Assembly: GCA_964564645.1 (NCBI GenBank)
Contig: CAZMCV010000001.1
Span: forward strand, 14,066-78,065
Origin: an uncultured Acetobacteraceae bacterium
GTDB lineage: Bacteria > Pseudomonadota > Alphaproteobacteria > Acetobacterales > Acetobacteraceae
Reading direction: 5' to 3'
DNA length: 64,000 nt
The notes under the pieces are model-generated. The model worked only from the letters and a program-made list of their open reading frames with translations. It made no database searches and was not told the DNA's origin. Each line of letters begins with the position of its first letter. Within the stretch, counting starts at the first letter, position 1. A program made the translations under genes and the position numbers. Below are positions 35,982-43,724 of the stretch, piece after piece.

Positions 35982-37310
35982 ATGCGGGACGCTCTCTTCA
36001 TGGCCGTCATGGTGCCGTTGCTGGCCCTGGCGGTGACGCGGCCCTTCGTCGGCGTGCTGCTGTGGTCCTGGATTTCCTTCATGAATCCGCATCGCCAGCT
36101 CTACGGCATGGCGTCGAACCTGCCCTGGGCGGCGCTCGTCTTCTGCGCGACCGTCGCCGGATGCGTGCTGGCCGGGGAGCCAAAGCGGCTCGCGCTGAAC
36201 TGGGTCACCGCGCTCATCCTGGCGCTGATGGCCTGCTTCACCCTCACCTCCCTGGCGGCGCTCGGTCCCTCCGGCGCGGTCTGGGGCAAGTGGAGCCAGA
36301 CCGAGAAGACCCTGCTGGCCCTGCTGCTGACTGCGACCCTGCTGACCGACCGGCATCGGCTCTATGCGCTGATCTGGATCATGGTGATCTCGATCGGTTA
36401 CTACGGCGTGCGCGGCGGCGCCTTCTCGCTGATGACGGGGGGCAATTACCGGGTCTACGGGCCGCAGCAGACGATGATCGAGGACAACAACCATCTGGCG
36501 GCCGCCATGCTGGTGACCTTGCCGCTGATGAACTTCCTCCGCATGCATGCCCGGCACGCCATCGTGCGCTGGGGTCTGGCCGGCGCGATGGCGCTGACCC
36601 TTCTCGCCACCGTCGGCAGCTACTCGCGGGGGGCGCTGCTGGGCCTGTCCGCCGTCACCTTCGTCCTGTGGCTGCGGGCCCGGCGCAAGGTCGCGTCGGC
36701 CATCGTCCTCTCGGTCTGCGTCGCAACCGCGATCACCTTCATGCCCGACCGCTGGATGCAGCGGATGGAGACGATCAACACCTACAAGGAGGACGCCTCG
36801 GCCACAGACCGGCTGTGGCTCTGGGAGACCTCGTTCAAGCTTGCCCTCGATCGTCCCCTGACGGGCGCCGGGTTCGCCGGACCCTACACGCGGGAGGTGG
36901 TGGACCGCGTCGACCCACAGGCCCCGGCGCGTGCCGTCCACAGCATCTGGTTCGAGTTCCTCGGCGAGCATGGCTTCCCGAGCTTCTTCGTCTGGCTTGG
37001 CCTGACCCTGGCCGGCGCGGCCTACACGTTCCGCCTGATGAGGCTCGCCCGTGGGCGCCCCGAGCTGACCTGGGCCTACGATTTGGCGCGCATGGTCCAG
37101 GTCTCGATCGTGGCCTACGTGGTCAGCGGGACCTTCCTCTCTCTCAGCTACTGGGACTTCTATTGGACATTGCTGGTCGTGATCGCCGCCGCCCATGCGC
37201 TGGCCGTCCGGGAGCTTCAGCAGGACTATGCTGCGCATGGCGACCGTGCCGACCGCCGCCGGCGGGAAGCCCGCGATGTCCGCCGACCACCGGCCGTGGC
37301 GCTGCCATGA
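35982..37310 (+). CDS. O-antigen ligase/Wzy-like membrane protein (the 'O-glycosylation ligase' type of exosortase-A loci)
   Basis: RPFVGVLLWSWISFMNPHRQLYGMA.., with more than 10 TM helices and ..SYSRGALLGL... Confidence 0.85.
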   Translation: MRDALFMAVMVPLLALAVTRPFVGVLLWSWISFMNPHRQLYGMASNLPWAALVFCATVAGCVLAGEPKRLALNWVTALILALMACFTLTSLAALGPSGAVWGKWSQTEKTLLALLLTATLLTDRHRLYALIWIMVISIGYYGVRGGAFSLMTGGNYRVYGPQQTMIEDNNHLAAAMLVTLPLMNFLRMHARHAIVRWGLAGAMALTLLATVGSYSRGALLGLSAVTFVLWLRARRKVASAIVLSVCVATAITFMPDRWMQRMETINTYKEDASATDRLWLWETSFKLALDRPLTGAGFAGPYTREVVDRVDPQAPARAVHSIWFEFLGEHGFPSFFVWLGLTLAGAAYTFRLMRLARGRPELTWAYDLARMVQVSIVAYVVSGTFLSLSYWDFYWTLLVVIAAAHALAVRELQQDYAAHGDRADRRRREARDVRRPPAVALP

Positions 37311-37340
37311 CATGGGCCATGCAGAGGCGGATCCGCGGCA

Positions 37341-37679
37341 ATGGACAGCCTGTACTACCTCTCCATGATCATCGGCGTCGGCTGGCTGGCGGTCTGGAGC
37401 TGCCGGCCCACCCTGCCAAAAGGGCAGGGTGGCTGGTGGCCCTTCGACATGAAGGAGGAGAAGGAGGATCGCGCGACAGGGCCGTCATCCTCGCCGACCA
37501 GCACGGCGGCGCCCGTCCATGAACGCCCTGTCCAGCCCCACCCCGCCCGCCGATCCTGGCGCGATGCCGCCGCCGCCGCTGCGGCTGCTGACCTTCAGCA
37601 CCCTCTACCCTCACGCCGCGCGTCCCAATCACGGGGTATTCGTCGAGAACCGGCTGCGGCACCTCCTCGGCAGCGGTGA
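37341..37679 (+). CDS. Candidate small membrane protein (3' extent doubtful)
   Basis: The first ~45 codons have very high GC3 and encode a TM helix: MDSLYYLSMIIGVGWLAVWSCRPTLPKGQGGWWPFDMKEEKED. The distal part overlaps the next GT gene out of frame and looks like shadow sequence. Confidence 0.25.
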   Translation: MDSLYYLSMIIGVGWLAVWSCRPTLPKGQGGWWPFDMKEEKEDRATGPSSSPTSTAAPVHERPVQPHPARRSWRDAAAAAAAADLQHPLPSRRASQSRGIRREPAAAPPRQR

Positions 37680-38772
37680 GGCGCTGAGCACCGTCCTCGC
37701 TCCGGTGCCCTGGTTTCCGTCGCGGGCCGCGATGTTCGGCGACTGGGCGCGGCATGCGGCCGCGCCCCGCCACGAGGAGCGCCATGGGATTGCAGTGCAC
37801 CATCCGCGCTTCCCCGTGATCCCCGCCATCGGCATGTCGGTCTCCCCCTTCCTGCTGTACCGCGCCGCCGCGGCTGCGCTGGCACGGCTGGTGCGGGACG
37901 GGCTCGCCTTCGATGCGATCGACGCGCATTACCTCTATCCGGACGGCGTCGCGGCAAGTTGGCTCGGCCGGCGCTTCGGCAAGCCGGTGGTCATCACCGC
38001 GCGCGGATCGGACACCAGCCTGCTGCCCCGCTATGCCGTGCCGCGGCGGCTCATCCAGGGCGCGATCCGCGATGCCGATGCCCTGATCGCCGTCAGCGCC
38101 GGGCTGAAGGACGGGCTGGTCGCACTCGGCGCGCCGGCCGGGAAGGTCACCGTGCTCCGCAACGGCGTCGACCTGGCCGCCTTCCGGCCCGAACCGGACC
38201 GCGCCGCCGCGCGGGCGGCCCTCGGGCTGGCGAAGGGCCAGCCGGCGCTGCTCTCGGTCGGGCTGCTGATCGAGCGCAAGGGGCATCATCTCATCATCGA
38301 GGCGCTGCGCGACCTGCCGGACCACATGCTGCTGATCGTCGGCGAGGGGCCGGACCGCGCCGCGCTCGAGGCGCTGGCCGACCGCATCGGGGTGGCCGCG
38401 CGCGTGCGCTTCCTCGGCGCCCAGCCGCATGCCCGGCTGCCCCTCTACTACAGCGCGGCGGATGCGCTGGTCCTGGCCTCGAGCCGCGAGGGCTGGGCGA
38501 ACGTGCTGCTGGAGGCGATGGCCTGCGGGACGCCGGTGGTGGCGAGCCCTGCCTGGGGCAGCCGCGAGGCGGTGGCCGCGCCGGAAGCGGGGCTGGTGCT
38601 GGACGAGGCGATACCGGCGGCGATCGCGGCCGGGGTGCGGCGGCTACTGGCAAGCCCGCCCGACCGGGCGGCGACGCGGCGCTATGCGGAGCGGTTCGGC
38701 TGGGACGAGACGACGCAGGGGCAGCTCGCGCTGTTCCGGAGCGTGCTGGGCCGCGCCGAGGTCCCACGATGA
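37519..38772 (+). CDS. Glycosyltransferase family 4
   Basis: LRLLTFSTLYPHAARPNHGVFVENRL.. and ..SSREGWANVLLEAMACGTPVVASPAWGSRE. An alternative start is ATG 37564. Confidence 0.85.
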   Translation: MNALSSPTPPADPGAMPPPPLRLLTFSTLYPHAARPNHGVFVENRLRHLLGSGEALSTVLAPVPWFPSRAAMFGDWARHAAAPRHEERHGIAVHHPRFPVIPAIGMSVSPFLLYRAAAAALARLVRDGLAFDAIDAHYLYPDGVAASWLGRRFGKPVVITARGSDTSLLPRYAVPRRLIQGAIRDADALIAVSAGLKDGLVALGAPAGKVTVLRNGVDLAAFRPEPDRAAARAALGLAKGQPALLSVGLLIERKGHHLIIEALRDLPDHMLLIVGEGPDRAALEALADRIGVAARVRFLGAQPHARLPLYYSAADALVLASSREGWANVLLEAMACGTPVVASPAWGSREAVAAPEAGLVLDEAIPAAIAAGVRRLLASPPDRAATRRYAERFGWDETTQGQLALFRSVLGRAEVPR

Positions 38773-38869
38773 GGCAGTGCTCGGCCGCGACGATGGGCAC
38801 CAGGCCGCGATGCCCCGAACACGCGCCGTCGAGCGCCCGCATCCAGGAACCGTGCTGGGAGGTCAGACC

Positions 38870-40090
38870 ATGTCCCATGCCATGAGCATCGATGACGGGC
38901 GGGGCGACCCGTCGACGAGCGGTGGCGATGTGCTTGTGGCCGATGCGCGGAACCGCCATCCCGCGGATCCCGGACAGGCCCCGCCGCGGGCAGCGCTCGC
39001 TACGGCTCCCGAGCTCTGCATCGTGGTTCCCACCTTCAACGAGGCCGCCAACGTCGCCGAGCTGCTGACGCGGCTGCGGCAACAGCTCCGCGATGTCGCC
39101 TGGGAAATCATCTTCGTCGACGACAATTCCCCCGACGGCACCGCCGCCCTGGTCCGCGAGCTCAGCCGGACCGACCCGCGCGTCCGCACGATCCGCCGGG
39201 TCGGCCGCCGCGGCCTCTCCTCGGCCTGCATTGAAGGGATGATGGCGACCAGCGCGCCGCTGATTGCCGTGATGGATGCGGACCTGCAGCACGACGAGGC
39301 CCTACTGCCGCAGATGCTCGAGGTCATGCGAGGCGGCGATCTCGACCTCGTCGTGGCCAGCCGCTACGTCGCCGGCGGCGGCGTCGGCACCTGGGATGAA
39401 GGGCGCCAGCAGGCGAGCCGGCTGGCGACGCGCCTGGCCCATCTGGCCATCTCGGCCGAGCTGACCGATCCGATGAGCGGCTTCTTCATGGTCCGCGCTT
39501 CGGTCGTGCACGACATTGTGCCGCGGCTCTCGGGCATTGGCTTCAAGGTCCTGCTCGACATCATGGCGTCGTCCGACCGGACGCTCCGGCATCTCGAGCT
39601 GCCCTACGAGTTCCGCGACCGCAAGGCCGGTGACAGCAAGCTCGATAACAAGGTCATGTGGGACTACCTCGTCCTCTTGGGCGACAAGACGGTGGGTCGC
39701 TTCGTTCCGATCCGCTTCGTGCTGTTCTCCCTGGTCGGAGGCGCCGGCGTCTTCGTCCACCTGACGGCGCTCTGGTTGCTCTTCGATGCCGTCGGCCTGC
39801 CGTTCGTCTGGGCGCAGGGCGGCGCCACACTCGTTGCGATGACGGCGAACTTCCTTGTCAACAACGAGCTGACATACCGCGACCGCCGGCTGCGCGGCGT
39901 GGCGCTGCTGCGGGGTTGGCTCAGCTTCGTGGCAGCCTGCGGCATCGGCGCGGCCGCGAATGTCGGCGTGGCCTCCTACCTCTTCACCCAGCAGACCGGC
40001 TGGGTGCTGTCTGCCATGGCCGGGATCGCCATCGGCGCGGTCTGGAACTATGCGGTGACGGCGGCCTACACGTGGCGGACAGCCCGATGA
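38870..40090 (+). CDS. Polyprenol-phosphate glycosyltransferase (GT2, DPM1/ArnC/GtrB-like) fused to a GtrA-like 4-TM domain
   Basis: RBS GGGAGG precedes ATG 38870. GT2 part: LCIVVPTFNEAANV..IIFVDDNSPDGT..VMDADLQHD. GtrA-like part: ..RFVLFSLVGGAGVFVHLTALWLL..FLVNNELTYRD..AVWNYAVTAAYTW. Confidence 0.85.
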   Translation: MSHAMSIDDGRGDPSTSGGDVLVADARNRHPADPGQAPPRAALATAPELCIVVPTFNEAANVAELLTRLRQQLRDVAWEIIFVDDNSPDGTAALVRELSRTDPRVRTIRRVGRRGLSSACIEGMMATSAPLIAVMDADLQHDEALLPQMLEVMRGGDLDLVVASRYVAGGGVGTWDEGRQQASRLATRLAHLAISAELTDPMSGFFMVRASVVHDIVPRLSGIGFKVLLDIMASSDRTLRHLELPYEFRDRKAGDSKLDNKVMWDYLVLLGDKTVGRFVPIRFVLFSLVGGAGVFVHLTALWLLFDAVGLPFVWAQGGATLVAMTANFLVNNELTYRDRRLRGVALLRGWLSFVAACGIGAAANVGVASYLFTQQTGWVLSAMAGIAIGAVWNYAVTAAYTWRTAR

Positions 40091-40137
40091 GCCGCCTGGC
40101 CGGCGCACGCGGCCAAGGCGCAGGCTGAGCCGGGGAG

Positions 40138-41712
40138 ATGCCTCCGACGGCGATCGCCGCCCAGGCGGCGCTGCCCATGGCCGAGCGCGATCACGCATCG
40201 ACGCGCATCGACCGCATGGATCTGCTTGCCATCCTGGCGCTGCTCGCGCTTGCGCTGCTGGTGCGCGCCCCAAGCTGGTCCGTCTCGGTCATCGACTGGG
40301 ACGAAAGCGTCTTCGCGCTGGCGGGGCGCGAGGTGCTGTACGGGCACCTGCCCTACCTGACCCTGTTCGACAACAAGCCGGTCGGCATCTCGCTGCTCTT
40401 CGCCGCAGCCATGGCGATTGGGAGCGAGTCGGTGCTGGCGGTCCGGTTGCTCGGGGCCGTCTCGGTCGGTGCGACGGCAGCCCTGCTCTTCTGCCTGATG
40501 CGCCTTGCCACCGGGCGTCGGATCGCCGCGGTCGGTGCCGGGATCCTCTACATCGCCTTCGCGACCGGGCTGAACGGGCTGGCGACGCACACCGAGATCC
40601 TGCTGGGGCCGTTCACGACCGCCGCCGTCCTCATCGCCTTCCGTTCGCTCGAAGCCACCGAGAACATTGCCCAGGCGAGGACCATCATCCTTGCCGGCCT
40701 GCTGTTCGGCCTCGCCATCTGCATCAAGCAGGTCGCGGCCCTGCCGGCCGCCCTCCTGTTCCCCACGCTGCTTCTCGTCTGGCACGTCACGGGGCGCCGC
40801 CTGACGCTCGGCCGCGCCGCAGGGCTGGCCCTGGCCTATGGCGTCGCCTGCGCCCTGCCGATGCTCCTCGCCGCGGCGGTGTACTGGGAGGCGGGCGAGT
40901 TCGGCGCCTTCTGGTATTCGAATGTCGGCTTCATGGGCCGCTACGTGTCGGAGCGCCCGGGGCTGGTCGATATCGCGCGGAGCGTGCGGTTCAGCCTGGT
41001 GCAGATCTGGCCGCTGCTACTGCTCTCCGCGGCCTGCATCCTGGCCGCCTTGACGCGCAGGCTTCCCGACCAAGGCGCCGCGCGCCTCGTCGCCGCCTGC
41101 GTCCTCTGGACCCTGGCCGAGACAGCGGCCGCGGCATCCTCGCTTCAGTTCTTCCCCCACTACTTCCTGCTGCTGCTGCCCCCGATCTCCGTGATGAGCG
41201 CGATCCTGATCGCGGCTTGCGTGGAAGCCGCGGTGGTCCCTTGGCTCCGGCGACGGGCAAGCCTGGCGCTCCTGGCCTTCATCGCCATGGTTCCGCTGGC
41301 CGCGTACCTCCAGGCCCTGCCCTGGATGGCCCTGTTCAAGCCGGACCTGCCGCGCCAGGTCGCGACCGTGATCCGGTCCTCGAGCCCGGCCGGCCAGACC
41401 GCCTATGTCGTGAACTTCGAACCCATCGTCTATCTGCTGGCCGGCCTGCCCTTGCCCACCCGGTATCCCTTCCCGCCGCATCTGGCCGGCTTCCAGACCC
41501 GCCTGACGCAGATCGATCCCGATGCGGAGATGGCGCGGATCCTGCGGGAACGGCCCGAATTCATCGTGGTCGACCGCGCGGCCTGGTCGGAGATCAGGCC
41601 CAAGGCGGCGGCCAGGATCACCGAGGCCCTCGCAGCCGACTATCGGCTGCACGCAGCGCTGAGGGACGGCCGGTATGATGTCGAACTCCATCGACGACAG
41701 GACAATCGATGA
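40138..41712 (+). CDS. GT-C fold glycosyltransferase (family 39 / ArnT/PMT-like)
   Basis: ..VIDWDESVFALAGREVLYGHLPYLTLFDNKPVGISLL.., multiple TM helices, and a soluble C-terminal domain. Confidence 0.8.
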   Translation: MPPTAIAAQAALPMAERDHASTRIDRMDLLAILALLALALLVRAPSWSVSVIDWDESVFALAGREVLYGHLPYLTLFDNKPVGISLLFAAAMAIGSESVLAVRLLGAVSVGATAALLFCLMRLATGRRIAAVGAGILYIAFATGLNGLATHTEILLGPFTTAAVLIAFRSLEATENIAQARTIILAGLLFGLAICIKQVAALPAALLFPTLLLVWHVTGRRLTLGRAAGLALAYGVACALPMLLAAAVYWEAGEFGAFWYSNVGFMGRYVSERPGLVDIARSVRFSLVQIWPLLLLSAACILAALTRRLPDQGAARLVAACVLWTLAETAAAASSLQFFPHYFLLLLPPISVMSAILIAACVEAAVVPWLRRRASLALLAFIAMVPLAAYLQALPWMALFKPDLPRQVATVIRSSSPAGQTAYVVNFEPIVYLLAGLPLPTRYPFPPHLAGFQTRLTQIDPDAEMARILRERPEFIVVDRAAWSEIRPKAAARITEALAADYRLHAALRDGRYDVELHRRQDNR

Positions 41713-41805
41713 GGCTGCCTGCTCCTTTTCACGGTCCGAATTGATGCCAGCCGATGGACGATCCCTCCTGCCGCGTCCCCATGGGGCGATGAACGGGTAC
41801 GGCGC

Positions 41806-42306
41806 GTGACGCCCCCCTCCGGCAACCGGCTCATCCTCTCGGTGCTGACGGGCGGCGGCTTCTCCTTCGAGACGAACACCCTGCTGCGCAGCCTCGCGGA
41901 TGATTGCCGCTTCGTGCTGCTGAGCACCGAGTTCGGCGGACCGCCGCCGCCGACGCTCGAGGTTCTGGACCTGCGGCGCGTTCCTTCCTTCGGAAGCTTC
42001 ACGCGCCCATCCCGCTGGCAAAGTGCCAAGGCCTTCGTCGCGACCTTCTGGGCAACAGTGGCCATGCTGCGGCGGCATCCGGTCGATCTGGTCGTCACCA
42101 TCGGCTGCAGCCACTCGGTCCCGATCCTGCTCGCCGCGCGGCTGCTGAGACGTCGCTCCGTCTTCATCGAGAGCATCACCCGCGTCGCGGAGCTGTCGAA
42201 GACGGGGCGCCTCGTCCACCGCCTGGATCTGGCCTCGGTCTTCCTCACCCAATGGCCCGGCCTGGCGCGCGCCCATCCGGGGGCACGTCTGGGGACGATC
42301 CTGTGA
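41806..42306 (+). CDS. Alg14-like glycosyltransferase subunit (PssD/E-type split GT)
   Basis: LILSVLTGGGFSFETNTLLRSL..DLVVTIGCSHSVPILLAARLLRRRSVFIESITRV. GTG start. Confidence 0.65.
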   Translation: MTPPSGNRLILSVLTGGGFSFETNTLLRSLADDCRFVLLSTEFGGPPPPTLEVLDLRRVPSFGSFTRPSRWQSAKAFVATFWATVAMLRRHPVDLVVTIGCSHSVPILLAARLLRRRSVFIESITRVAELSKTGRLVHRLDLASVFLTQWPGLARAHPGARLGTIL

Positions 42307-42758
42307 TCCTCGTGACCGTGGGCACGACGATGCCCTTCGACGAGCTCTTGAAGGAGGTCGACCGCCTGGCGGAAGCTGGCGTTCTCGCCGAGCCGATCCT
42401 CTGCCAGGGCGGGCAGTCGGCCTATCGCATCACCCATGGCAAGCAGTTCATGGCCCGCCCGTCGATCGAGGACCTCATCGCCTCGGCATCCCTGGTGATC
42501 ACGCATGGTGGTGCGACCGTCATCCAGCTCCTGCTGGCCGGCAAGAATTTCGTGGCCTTTCCCAATCCTCGCGGCGCGGGAGACCACCAGACGGTGTTCC
42601 TCAGGGAGCTCGCCGAGGTGGCCGACATCTCGTGGAGCGCGGATGTGGCCGACCTTGCCAGGCTCATCGAAGAGCGTCGGCGCGCAGGCCCGCCTTCGCT
42701 CCGCGCCGACATTCCCCGCGCGGCCACTCTCATCCGCGGTCTTTTGGATACGGGATAG
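42303..42758 (+). CDS. Alg13-like glycosyltransferase catalytic subunit (GT28 C-terminal-domain type)
   Basis: GTG 42303 overlaps the upstream stop (GTGA). Reads VILVTVGTTMPFDELLKEVD..LVITHGGATVIQLLLAGKNFVAFPNPRGAGDHQ. Confidence 0.75.
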   Translation: MILVTVGTTMPFDELLKEVDRLAEAGVLAEPILCQGGQSAYRITHGKQFMARPSIEDLIASASLVITHGGATVIQLLLAGKNFVAFPNPRGAGDHQTVFLRELAEVADISWSADVADLARLIEERRRAGPPSLRADIPRAATLIRGLLDTG

Positions 42759-42893
42759 TGCGGAGCGGTTCGGCGGCTGGCGCGAATCACGGCAGCGTCC
42801 GCGCAACCCTGCCCCGCGCGGCACGACGCCGCGCCATTGGCAGGGTCGTCGCATGAGGCCCAACGGCCATTCCGAGAACCATCGGAGGGAATC

Positions 42894-43586
42894 ATGAAGC
42901 CAAGGCCCAGGCTCGACAGGATGGAAGGGCACACCTTCATCGGAAACTGGCTCGGGCCGGGATCCGTCGTCCTGGATTGCGGCATGAACCGCGGCGTCTT
43001 CGCCCAGCGGATCAGCGGCCGCTATGGCTGCCGTGTGGTCGGCGTGGAAGCCAATCCCAGCCTCGCGGAAAGCAACCGGCAGGAACGCGGCCTCGAATGC
43101 CACAACATGGCGGTGTGCGGCCGGAGCGGCCGTGTGCGATTCCAGGTGAACGACGCTGATCCGCTCGCAAGTACGATCGTCGGCGATGATGCGGAGGGCG
43201 TCGGCATCGTCGATGTCCGGGCGACGCGCCTCGACGAACTTCTGTCGAGCCTCGGCGATCCGTCGGTCGACCTGCTGAAGCTCGACATCGAGGGTGCCGA
43301 GCTGGACGTGATCGGGACGACGCCCCTCGAGGTCTTCTCGCGGATTCCCCAGATCGCAGCCGAGTTCCACGTCTTTCTGGACGCGGGGCAGCGGCCATCC
43401 GCCGTCGCATGCATCGAGCGCCTGAAGGCAGCCGGATTCGTCGCCTTCGATTTCTCGATGAACCTCGGCAATGTCCTCTTCGTCAATCATCGGACATGGC
43501 GTCTGTCACTGGCGGACAAGGCCTATTTCCTTGCGGCCAAGTACTACAGCGGCGCCGTCCGTACCGTCACCCAGACGCATCAATAG
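42894..43586 (+). CDS. FkbM-family methyltransferase
   Basis: RBS GGAGGGAATC precedes ATG 42894. Reads VVLDCGMNRGVFAQ..VVGVEANP..VDLLKLDIEGAELDV. Confidence 0.8.
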   Translation: MKPRPRLDRMEGHTFIGNWLGPGSVVLDCGMNRGVFAQRISGRYGCRVVGVEANPSLAESNRQERGLECHNMAVCGRSGRVRFQVNDADPLASTIVGDDAEGVGIVDVRATRLDELLSSLGDPSVDLLKLDIEGAELDVIGTTPLEVFSRIPQIAAEFHVFLDAGQRPSAVACIERLKAAGFVAFDFSMNLGNVLFVNHRTWRLSLADKAYFLAAKYYSGAVRTVTQTHQ

Positions 43587-43680
43587 GCTGCCTGGGCGCC
43601 GAACCCGCTCTCCGGCGCAGGGCCCCAAGGAAGCGCTGGCAAGCCAAGCGGCCGGCGGCCGGGAGGGGCGGTGCCTCGAT

Positions 43681-43713
43681 GGAGAGGGGCGGTCCGTCGT
43701 GGTGCCCCTCCCC
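43681..43713. terminator. GC-rich hairpin between convergent genes (possible bidirectional terminator)
   Basis: GGAGAGGGGC-13 nt-GCCCCTCCCC, a 9/10 stem, between the FkbM stop (43586) and the RTX gene stop (43725). There is no clear U-tract. Confidence 0.3.
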
Positions 43714-43724
43714 GCTTCCCGTGA

